From: Bacillota bacterium | GTDB lineage: Bacteria; Bacillota; Clostridia; Christensenellales; Borkfalkiaceae | Assembly: GCA_023403375.1 (NCBI GenBank) | Contig: JAEYEN010000024.1 | Location: forward strand, 1 to 43,404 | DNA: 43,404 nt | Reading direction: 5' to 3' | Shown here: one piece after another, positions 26,662 through 35,574 of the stretch | Layout: each line of letters begins with the position of its first letter | Position numbering within the stretch: position 1 is the first letter of the stretch | The notes under the pieces: model-generated | Seen by the model: only the letters and a program-made list of their open reading frames with translations | Told to the model about the DNA's origin: nothing | The model's database searches: none | Position numbers and translations under genes: made by a program

Positions 26662-26902
26662 TTCTTTGCCCCCGACTTTTTCCACCCACAAAATATTTTT
26701 TGTAGATTGTTTTGTCGTAAAAGTTTTGTCATTTTTTCCATAGACACACTTTTTATAAGTAACTATTTTCATCTCACTTGCCAATCAAACCAAAATATTA
26801 TTTTTTTTCCTTACCCCAGCTTTTACTATGAATATAATATTTTTTGTAAACTGCTTTGTCGTAAATATTTTCGTACATTTTTCCACAAATACTCTTTTTT
26901 AT
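26662..26902. repeat. Two tandem copies of a ~95-bp element, period 144 bp
   Basis: ATATTTTTTGTA anchors at 26693 and 26837. Flanking blocks TTTGTCGTAAA, CATTTTT(T)CCA and CCCC(C/A)G(A)CTTTT are conserved. A 1-nt indel breaks any shared reading frame. Confidence 0.7.
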
Positions 26903-27007
26903 GTTTTTTTCTCAAATATTTTGTTTTAATATAATCAATATAGAAGATATGCTATTTTTTAGCAAAAAAACAGAGAAAGACACTACTAAACATAGTGCCT
27001 TTGTTTT

Positions 27008-27038
27008 TAATAAAAAAGGAGCGTTTTGTTAACGCTCC
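27008..27038 (-). terminator. Rho-independent terminator of the 27336/27029 gene pair
   Basis: Minus strand GGAGCGTT-AACAA-AACGCTCC-TTTTTT. The stem includes the stop codon. Confidence 0.75.
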
Positions 27039-27334
27039 AACTTTTCTAATTTTTCTCTTAATTTTTTTATTTTCTCTTCTTTATAATCTTTATGAAAGTA
27101 AGCTATTCCTTCTTTTATTCCCCCGTATTTTAATATAATTACTATATTTACTATTACAAGGCAAAGCGAACAAAATAGAGCAATTAAAAGCAAATACTTT
27201 TTCAACATATATTTGTTAAAAAAATTGTATATAGTACTTAAAAAAATTGTAAATTCTATTTCTATTACAATGCTATAAATAAGTGCCGCGCCTAAAAGAG
27301 CAAGCAACACGATTTTAATAATTTTCTTTGCCAT
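27029..27334 (-). CDS. Small membrane protein, holin-like architecture (2-3 TM plus a charged C-terminal helix)
   Basis: 101 aa. Hydrophobic segments at ~4-24, 28-39 and 47-68, with the tail KEEKIKKLREKLEKLER. The start lies 1 nt after the upstream stop. Very AT-rich. Confidence 0.45.
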   Translation of the reverse strand: MAKKIIKIVLLALLGAALIYSIVIEIEFTIFLSTIYNFFNKYMLKKYLLLIALFCSLCLVIVNIVIILKYGGIKEGIAYFHKDYKEEKIKKLREKLEKLER

Positions 27335-27335
27335 T

Positions 27336-27674
27336 TTAAGAACCTAAATACTTATTCCCCAGAGCGTTAGTGAAAGTTATACTATCTCCGATAAAGCCTT
27401 CTAATATCTTCGTTAATTCTATCAAATACAATTGATGATTATACCTTCCGCTTCCGACAGGGCTTTCGACCGATTTATCGTTTGAAACTAAGTACGTTAC
27501 CGTCTTTGTTTCCGTTATTCGATTATTTTCTAATCGCATTGTCGTTTTTCCGTCCGTAGATACATAAGAACCGTCTTCGGCTTTATTAAAGGTCAAGTCC
27601 GAACGGTCTATAACCTTTAACATTGTTTGGTTGAACTTCGCTTCGGACGAGTTTGCAATTATCGCCTTACACAT
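27336..27674 (-). CDS. Hypothetical soluble protein (possibly a fragment of a larger phage-derived protein)
   Basis: 112 aa. The frame stays open for >35 codons upstream of the ATG with no start codon, which suggests truncation. No motif recognised with certainty. Confidence 0.4.
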   Translation of the reverse strand: MCKAIIANSSEAKFNQTMLKVIDRSDLTFNKAEDGSYVSTDGKTTMRLENNRITETKTVTYLVSNDKSVESPVGSGRYNHQLYLIELTKILEGFIGDSITFTNALGNKYLGS

Positions 27675-27793
27675 TGTAAGCGGCTTTATGTATTGAGTTT
27701 CTTTCCCGCACTGAATTAAATCTATACTACATTCGTCAAGATATAAAAAAGCATATAAAATTAAAAAATGATTATATGGCGCAAAAATAATTT

Positions 27794-28354
27794 TTATGCG
27801 CCATATTTGTTTTCGCCAAAATTTACGAAAGCGCTTTTAACATATTCCATTATGCCTTCTGAAATAACTTCCGCCATTTTATATACGAGATTCAGTCTTG
27901 TAAGATTAAACAAATTATAATTCTTTATAGACTTAGTCGCAACCACGCCTATTATACTTATATCCCCCAACACACCCAGATTCTTATTTAACCCCAAACC
28001 GGGTTTTAGTCCCTTATCTATAATCTTGATTACACCAACGTCATCTGCATCGCCAACGGCAGCGTCAATAGCAATTACAATAGAATTCGGGTGCATTATT
28101 TTCAGATAATCTTTCGCGTAAGACACTTCTTTTGCGGTAATCGGGCAATTTAACGTGCCATAAATAAACGCGTCAAAGTTATTTTTACGCAAAAAAGTAC
28201 CCACAAGCGGCCCCAGACTGTCGCCCAACACCAAATCGCTGCCAACACACACAATAATCGGTTTTTTATTATCACCATTATATTTCAATAACGATTGAGC
28301 GATTCCGTTTTTAGCAAACTCGTTAAACATATTAAAACTATATAAATTTTCCAT
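27794..28354 (-). CDS. yyaC: YyaC-family putative sporulation protease
   Basis: Motifs KPIIVCVGSDLVLGDSLGPLVG and AIDAAVG. I chose the start at MENLYSF. A hairpin terminator (27766-27805) overlaps the stop. Confidence 0.8.
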   Translation of the reverse strand: MENLYSFNMFNEFAKNGIAQSLLKYNGDNKKPIIVCVGSDLVLGDSLGPLVGTFLRKNNFDAFIYGTLNCPITAKEVSYAKDYLKIMHPNSIVIAIDAAVGDADDVGVIKIIDKGLKPGLGLNKNLGVLGDISIIGVVATKSIKNYNLFNLTRLNLVYKMAEVISEGIMEYVKSAFVNFGENKYGA

Positions 28355-28437
28355 ATATAAGCCACCCACAATTTTTTATATTTTTATACCCTCTTTTTAC
28401 CATAATTATACGTCTATCACATAAATCCCTATTGTTT

Positions 28438-28453
28438 TGTTTCACGTGAAACA
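28438..28453. other. parS site 1 (perfect consensus)
   Basis: TGTTTCACGTGAAACA, a 16-bp perfect palindrome matching TGTTNCACGTGAAACA. Confidence 0.85.
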
Positions 28454-28470
28454 TCTCTTTTTACTCAAAT

Positions 28471-28486
28471 TGTTTCATGTGAAACA
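28471..28486. other. parS site 2 (one mismatch)
   Basis: TGTTTCATGTGAAACA. Confidence 0.75.
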
Positions 28487-28639
28487 AAAACTTTTTCAAA
28501 CACCAAAAAATACAAAAGCGCAACATAAAAATGTTATATTTTTATTGTTTTTATGCATAAAATCGGTCAAAAATATCATAATTTATTTTCAAAAACACAA
28601 CAGAAATCCTTTGTCCGATGAATTTTTCTAAAAAACAGC

Positions 28640-28655
28640 GGTTTCACGTGAAACA
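28640..28655. other. parS site 3 (one mismatch)
   Basis: GGTTTCACGTGAAACA. Confidence 0.8.
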
Positions 28656-29576
28656 AAACAGTGTAAAATTATATATTATTAAAAATAAAAATCAATTTTT
28701 TGCGCATTATCAAAATTGATTAATGATAAAACAATAAACAGATAAATATGAAATTTTAGCAAAAAATATCTTTTTGCCACACAGAATAAAGCCTATTTTT
28801 GGTCGGAAAAATTCATGCCCCATTCTGTCTCAGAGCGTTAAAATCGATATTTTTAAATAATGTTTTGTTGGTACAAATAGTTGTATTGGTTGCCAAATCA
28901 ATGCTATTATGCATAAAAATACGTTGTTTTTTGTGAATTGAATATTGTTTTTGTTTTTCTATTAACTTTTTTGCGTTGCTGTCTGAAATGTAAGTTTAAT
29001 CTAAAAAATTATCGCGCCAATCTGCGTTTTAAATTATAGGTGTTAAATTTTTTTGGCGCAATTAGCGTAAAAATGGTTTAATTCTGAAACGCAGTATAAA
29101 ACGTTGCGTGTCTTATGCTGTTTTGTAGTTATAGGTTTTATTGTAGTTAAAACTATATGTCTGCACGTGTACAAAAAGAAAAAATATATTAAAACACATT
29201 GATTTTTCGCAAAAACGTGCGGTGCATATATGATAATCGTGTTTATTTATATTAAAAGCCGTATATTAAATGCTTTATAAGTGCATACCCGATAGAAAAG
29301 TAAGTCTACTGAAATCAGTGTTGAATAGTGCGCGTTTGTATAATAACGCCGTGTATTATATTTGGCGCAACACTTACAAAACTTAAAAGCGCATTTATAT
29401 TTAAAATGGTTGGTGTAAATAGTTAAAATACTATTAAATAATTGGCGTATAATATAAAACGCGGCAAAAATTTTTTGCACTTATAATAAAAGCGCCGTTT
29501 TAATATAAAGCGCATAATAATATTATATCTTTTGAGCGCAAAGATATTTTTTTAAGCGCTTGTTCGGTTTTGGGTT

Positions 29577-31769
29577 TTTTGTATATTTTGTACAATAATT
29601 GATATTTGTACAAAAACCACAATTAGCTCAACAACCGAATACAGATAATACTAATAGTGTTTTATATAAAAACGCTCCGCTTTTGGTCTGACAGGCTTAA
29701 AACATACAAGCATATGCCCGCCTTATTGGCGGCAAGAATTATTTTTATTTTTTGTACAAAAAAATAATTTTGTATAAAATTGAATATAAAATTTATTCGT
29801 ACTACAAAATACATTTCGCATTGTTATTTTTAAAAAATTTAGTAAAAAACATAGGTTGCAAACTAAGAAATAAAACATTGTGGGAGAAGTTATTTGGTAT
29901 TATTTACGTTAAACGATACCACTAACACATATTTATTCTGCGTTTTGGAAAAGTTAAAATCAAAAACGAAATCCAAAATTAAAAATATATTTGTACAAAA
30001 GTTTTTATTGTACAAAAAGTAAGTTGTTAAGAAAAGAATTTATTAACCGTATTGTTTTTTAAATTTAATCAGTTTATTTAACGTCTAAATAATTTTGAAC
30101 AAATTCGGTTTTTTGTACAAAACTTCGAAATATATTAACTTAATGTAAGACAGTCGGATATTTTATATATAACTCTAAAATATAATTTTTATAATATTGC
30201 ACGATTGCACGCGGCATTAATTTTAATATCAAAAACTAATTGTTGAACAAAAAGTCATTTTTGTATTAAAGTATGTTTGCAGAATTTAATATAACTTTGT
30301 TTTATGTTTGAAAAAACTTCACTGTTTTGTATTTAATTAACCCCTACGTTCAGAGTTAAAGTTTTTAATTAAATTTTATTTTACAAAAATACATTTTGAA
30401 CAAAACTACAATTTTGTACAATACTAGTATTAAGGTATGAAAAATTGTATTTACGTATGGCAATCTGAAATTTAAAAACTTATTTTATATCAAACGGCTC
30501 TTGCTAAGCGTTTTATAGTGTTTTATTAAAGTTTTGTATTTTTTACTAATAAAATTACAAGCACTGTTTTACGTTTAGCGTTTTGTTTTTTTGGTTGACA
30601 TTTTATACAAAAATATTATTTTGTACAAAATTAGTATTGAAGTATGGTAAAAAGAAATTAAATAGTATTTAAGGTTAAAAATCCTTGCAGAATGGTTTAT
30701 TCTTCTATTCTCGCATTATTTATTATTAAAATTGCGTGTAAAGTTAAACGGTGTAAATTCTGTTTATTTGTTTGGTATTTTGAACAAAACAGTAATTTTG
30801 TACAAAAATGAAACTTGCAATAAATTAATGATGGCGGCAGAGCAGCCATGGGGAAGCGGTTTTTTGCGGCTTTTTTAGGAAACAGTAGGGTAATAATCGT
30901 AAATATACTTTCTAAAATAATTTTTATGTTTTGCCTTTTTTCGGGAAACAATCAGATAAATTGCAATTACATATTACAAATAAAGAAATAAATATCTATA
31001 AAACCGTTGTTATCTGAGATTTTACCGCCGCTTTGCCGCATATATTTCTGCTCTGTTTTTTTGCATTTTATCCTTGCTTTTTATTTTTGTTCTTTACTTT
31101 TGTCTATTTCTTGCCGCCAAATACTTTTTTATGAGTTTTTTCGGCGCGGAACGCAACGAATATAAAAAACTCAAAAGTCAAACAAAAATTAAGACGAAAA
31201 AACACGGCGTTCACGCTTACCGATTAACCCAAAAGGATTAAAATATAAACCCAACACGACTACCAAGCGACAAAATATTTGAACAAAAAAAGATTTTTGT
31301 ATAAAAATATAAAAAAATTAAAGGAGTTTTTTGTAAAGAAATATTTAAACTGCGCAAAAAACAAGACGTTTCTATACTTGTAATGGAATTTTATTGAACA
31401 AAGTTGTCCTTTTGAATGGATGTTTGTATAAAAACAAACTAGCAGTGTATTAAAAAAATCTTTTCGATTTACCGATAAGTTTTTACAAAAAAGGAAAAAC
31501 CCATAAACAATATACGCTAAAATTGAACAACGAATGATATTTGAACAAAATAATATATGGTTGTCTTTGGTTATAATTTTCGGCGCATTTTTAATGGCGT
31601 TTACAACCAAGTCGGCGGGCAGAATTGGCGCTAAATTCTTTATGCGAAGGCAGTTATAATTTAGTTTATCTTTTAGTTACTATTTTGACGAAAGCATAGT
31701 TGTCTTAAAAAGTAAATTTGCGAAGTTTTGCGGTTTTTGGTTTTTATACAAAAATAGGATTTTTATATA
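29577..31769 (+). repeat. Dispersed array of >=12 paired TTTTG(A/T)ACAAAA boxes with an 18-bp intra-pair offset
   Basis: Core hexamer starts: 29589/29607, 29753/29771, 29992/30009, 30096/30114, 30244/30262, 30397/30415, 30604/30622, 30781/30799, 31280/31298, 31395/31413, 31524/31542, 31745/31764. Confidence 0.85.
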
Positions 31770-32224
31770 AAAATGCGTGTTTACCCAATACGTATTTACA
31801 AATTGCAGTTTTTTATGAGAAATGTGCGCCGCTTTTACGTTGCCCGACGTTTAGTGCGAAGTATTTAATCTTTCCGCCGTCTTGCTTTTTATTGTTCGTT
31901 TTATAAGTTTAATTATCCATTGTGCACACTGCCACGACGTTTATTGCGCCGACGGTTTTACGGAATAAAGATTTGCGGCAAAAAAATAAATTATTTATTG
32001 TGTTTTTTGCTTTTTTGGTGTATACTATATAATGTTTAAGGTTTTTTAAATATTTATATGTTATATTTAATAAAATAATCTTGATAACCGCTTTTTACTG
32101 CGGTTTTTGGGAAAAGAACTGAAAATGCGATTTTTTATTTACGATTTATCGAAAAAGTAAACGACGCATATCGACGCATATTAAATTAACATATAAAATT
32201 TAGAAAAATAAGGAGAGCAAAAAT

Positions 32225-34468
32225 TTGAAGACTAGAAGTTCTAAAACATTCTGGATAATTTTGGTTATCGGTTTGGCACTCGCCGTCGGTATAACTATTT
32301 TTTCTTCCAGATGCACGGGAAAAACAAGCGTCAATACTTCTGAATTTGACGAACTTGTTCAGGTTCTGGCCGATGACGGAACAAATCAGTTCGCTTATGC
32401 GGACATTAAGGACGACGCAAAACTTGTATCCATAAAGAGCAAATTAGAAAAATATTCCGACTACAATTTTAAGTTAAAAGACGTTGTGTTTAACAATTAC
32501 GTTGTTAATTTTGAAATTTTCAGAGTGGATTCGGAAGGAAAGGAACTCGCACTGGTTTCGTTTACCACTAATTACAGCAGAAGTGCGGACGTCGTTCTCG
32601 AATTACAATCAAAACTTGCTGCGGCAAACGTAAACTATACCTATACCGACCCCAACGCGGGTTCGATTTGGTCGTCTATTCTCCCGCTTTTGGGATATCT
32701 TGTAATTGCGGTTGTATTCTTCCTTTTGATGATGCAGACGCAAGGCGGAACGAAAGGCGCGATGAATTTTGCGAAAACCAATGCGAGAGTAAACCACAAT
32801 ATAAAGGTAAGATTTTCGGACGTTGCCGGTGCCGAAGAAGAAAAGGCGGAACTTGCCGAAGTCGTGGACTTTTTGAAAAACCCGACCAAGTTTTCGCAAC
32901 TCGGCGCAAAAATTCCGAGAGGCGTATTGCTTGTAGGCCCTCCCGGAACGGGCAAAACACTGTTTGCAAAAGCGGTTGCCGGCGAAGCGGGCGTTCCGTT
33001 CTTTTCGATAAGCGGCTCGGACTTTGTTGAAATGTTTGTCGGCGTGGGCGCGTCCAGAGTAAGAGATTTATTTGACCTTGCCAAAAAGAATATGCCCTGT
33101 ATCGTGTTCATCGACGAAATCGACGCGGTAGGTCGTCAGCGTGGCGCCGGACTTGGCGGCGGTAACGACGAAAGAGAGCAGACTCTTAACCAACTCCTTG
33201 TTCAGATGGACGGTTTTGAAACCAACGACGGCGTTATCGTTATGGCGGCAACTAACCGTGCGGACATCTTAGACCCCGCGCTTATGCGCCCCGGCAGATT
33301 CGACCGCCAGATTTACGTAAACGTTCCCGACGTTAAGGGCAGAGAAGCGATACTCAAAGTACACGCGAGAAATAAACCGCTTGCACAGGACGTTAACTTT
33401 AAAACCGTTGCGAGAATGACCAGCGGATTTTCGGGCGCGGATTTAGAGAATCTGCTTAACGAAGCGGCTATCCTTGCCGCACGCGCAAACAGAAAATGTA
33501 TTACTAACAAAGACCTTTACGAAGGCATAAATAAAGTACTGTTAGGTCCGCAGAAGAAGAGCAGACTCGTTACCGAAACCGATAAGAGAATAACCGCTTA
33601 TCACGAATCGGGCCACGCGATACTTGCAAGGCTTCTTCCGCACTGCGACCCCGTACACGAAGTTTCTATTATACCGCGCGGTCAGGCGGCAGGCTACACG
33701 ATGACAAGACCCGAAAACGACGACAACCACCTGACGAAAGCCAAACTTTTAGACGATATCGTTATGACGCTTGGCGGCAGAGTGGCGGAAGAAATTATTA
33801 TAAAAGATATTTCGGCAGGCGCTTCGGGCGATATACAAGCCGTCAGCAAACGCGCAAGGCTTATGGTTACCGAATGGGGTATGAGCGAAAAAGTAGGCCC
33901 TATTTCCTACGGTTCCGACAAAGAAATATTTATCGGCAGAGATATGTCTTCGCACGTTACGTATAGCGAAGAAACCGCCGCGCTTATCGACAGAGAAGTT
34001 CAGGAAATAGTAGAAGAGGCTTTGGCAAAAGCCAGAAAACTTTTATCCGAACACAAACCCTTGCTTGACGTTATGGCGAGAGTTTTAGTGGAAAGAGAAA
34101 CCATTTTCTCCGAAGAAGTCGATATGATTATGGACGGAAAATCGGTTGAAGAAGTTATTAAATTTATGGACGAAAACGAACGTACTCTTGCCGAAAACCC
34201 CTTTGGCAGAAAGTCCGTTATCGTAACCGAAAAAAGTTACGAAGCGTCTGATAATAATTCGGTTGGTAATTCCCAAAATTCCGCAAAGGTAGGGGAAGCG
34301 CACGATAAAACGCCTTCTTTAAGCGACGATTCCGCAGACGGTAAAGATAAAACCGAAAGCAATAAGGATAAAGCCGCTTTAAATTCGGACGATAAAGCCG
34401 AACAAAAAAACGCTAAAAAAAGCGACGGCAAAACCGATAAAAAGACCGACGACAAAGACAAAAATTGA
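32225..34468 (+). CDS. ftsH: ATP-dependent zinc metalloprotease FtsH
   Basis: 747 aa with a TTG start 7 nt after AAGGAGAG. Two TM helices, Walker [13 protein letters not shown] region and HESGHA zinc motif. Lys/Asp-rich C-terminal tail. Confidence 0.93.
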   Translation: MKTRSSKTFWIILVIGLALAVGITIFSSRCTGKTSVNTSEFDELVQVLADDGTNQFAYADIKDDAKLVSIKSKLEKYSDYNFKLKDVVFNNYVVNFEIFRVDSEGKELALVSFTTNYSRSADVVLELQSKLAAANVNYTYTDPNAGSIWSSILPLLGYLVIAVVFFLLMMQTQGGTKGAMNFAKTNARVNHNIKVRFSDVAGAEEEKAELAEVVDFLKNPTKFSQLGAKIPRGVLLVGPPGTGKTLFAKAVAGEAGVPFFSISGSDFVEMFVGVGASRVRDLFDLAKKNMPCIVFIDEIDAVGRQRGAGLGGGNDEREQTLNQLLVQMDGFETNDGVIVMAATNRADILDPALMRPGRFDRQIYVNVPDVKGREAILKVHARNKPLAQDVNFKTVARMTSGFSGADLENLLNEAAILAARANRKCITNKDLYEGINKVLLGPQKKSRLVTETDKRITAYHESGHAILARLLPHCDPVHEVSIIPRGQAAGYTMTRPENDDNHLTKAKLLDDIVMTLGGRVAEEIIIKDISAGASGDIQAVSKRARLMVTEWGMSEKVGPISYGSDKEIFIGRDMSSHVTYSEETAALIDREVQEIVEEALAKARKLLSEHKPLLDVMARVLVERETIFSEEVDMIMDGKSVEEVIKFMDENERTLAENPFGRKSVIVTEKSYEASDNNSVGNSQNSAKVGEAHDKTPSLSDDSADGKDKTESNKDKAALNSDDKAEQKNAKKSDGKTDKKTDDKDKN

Positions 34469-34578
34469 CGGCGGAAAAGCGCGGAAAAATAAAGATTAAA
34501 GAAAAAGTAAAAAACTAAAATAAAGATAAATAAAGATTAAAAAAGCAATCGTAAGAGAAAAGTTTACAGGAGAAATTT

Positions 34579-35352
34579 ATGGGAAAAATTATTGCTTTTT
34601 CTAACCAGAAAGGCGGCGTAGGTAAAACCACAACCTGCGTTAATATGGCGGCTTATCTTGCAAACATGGGCAAAAAATGCCTTATCGTGGACCTGGACCC
34701 GCAAGGCAACGCGACTACGGGCTTGGGCTTTTCCAAATCGGAAGAAAAAAATTCCGTCTATAACGTTATGATAGACGATATGCCCATTGCGGACGCGGTT
34801 GTTAAGACTTCCGTCGAAAAACTCGATATTTTGCCGTCAAACATAAACTTGGCAGGCGCGGAAGTGGAACTCGTTTATATAAAAGACAGAGAACACGTTC
34901 TTAAAAAAGTGCTTGAAAAAGCCAGAAACTTTTACGATTTTATTGCGATAGACTGTCCGCCGTCGTTAGGGCTTTTAACGATAAACGCGCTTGCTGCTGC
35001 CGATACGGTAATTATTCCTATACAAAGCGAATATTACGCAATGGAAGGGTTAAGCCAACTTATGAACACCATAAAACTCGTTGTAAAACATCTTAACCCC
35101 AACCTTAAAATAGAGGGCGTTGTGCTTACGATGAACGATAACCGCGCGATAATTTCCAGACAGATTTCGGCGGAAATAAGAAAGTTCTTCGGAAAACGCG
35201 TTTACGACACGGTTATTCCCAGAAATATCAGGCTTTCGGAAGCGCCGAGCCACGGCGTTCCGATTATGCTCCACGACACCAAATGTACGGGCGCAAAAGC
35301 CTATCTCGCTCTTACAGAAGAGTTTTTAAGCCGTCAGCCGAAAAAGGCGTAA
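34579..35352 (+). CDS. soj: Chromosome partitioning ATPase ParA/Soj
   Basis: 257 aa. Deviant Walker A NQKGGVGKTTT. Confidence 0.92.
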   Translation: MGKIIAFSNQKGGVGKTTTCVNMAAYLANMGKKCLIVDLDPQGNATTGLGFSKSEEKNSVYNVMIDDMPIADAVVKTSVEKLDILPSNINLAGAEVELVYIKDREHVLKKVLEKARNFYDFIAIDCPPSLGLLTINALAAADTVIIPIQSEYYAMEGLSQLMNTIKLVVKHLNPNLKIEGVVLTMNDNRAIISRQISAEIRKFFGKRVYDTVIPRNIRLSEAPSHGVPIMLHDTKCTGAKAYLALTEEFLSRQPKKA

Positions 35353-35574
35353 AGACACAGTTAAAAGACATCGTATAATAAGCGAAGCGTATCGTCATAG
35401 TATAACGGGCGTATAGGCGTATCGTCATAATCGTTGCGACAAAGACGTAATATTATCGAAAGAGCACACTTGCTTGCGCTTTGATAAAAAACATAAACAA
35501 AAGATAAACAAAAGCGTTGCAGACGCGCGCAAAAGAAAAATTTAGGTTTCCATAAAAAAATTAAAAGGTATTTT

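Noticed and set aside
27336-27674. Assignment of the 112-aa protein as a phage distal-tail/tail-component fragment, based on the segment YNHQLYLIELTKILEG.
   Set aside because: I cannot substantiate this from memory of a defined family. It is kept as hypothetical, with only a tentative phage-remnant context.
30820-30870. GGCAGAGCAGCCATGGGGAAGC, considered as a possible SRP RNA core. I also scanned the desert for RNase P RNA, tmRNA and tRNA signatures.
   Set aside because: Only the GCAGCCA/GGAAGC fragments match. The flanking helices and other conserved motifs (GAGGAAAGTCC, GGTTCGAATCC-type T-arm) are absent.
29577-31769. I considered whether the paired-box array is a CRISPR array, a tandem satellite, or a set of sites for a known regulator (CodY, Spo0A, WalR, Noc/ParB).
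   Set aside because: Units are irregularly spaced (104-499 bp), with no constant repeat/spacer lengths and no cas genes. The box differs from the CodY box (15-mer with C-W-G centre), the 0A box (TGTCGAA), WalR repeats (N5 spacing) and the NBS/parS cores. I therefore report it as unassigned rather than naming a regulator.
28437-31906. ORF-track entries inside the gene desert: 28437-28631, 29247-29480, 30697-30951, 31260-31610 and 31718-31906.
   Set aside because: Their translations are dominated by F, K, I, N, L and Y, as expected from AT-rich DNA. They lack ribosome-binding sites and recognisable motifs. One overlaps the parS palindromes and others run through the box pairs.
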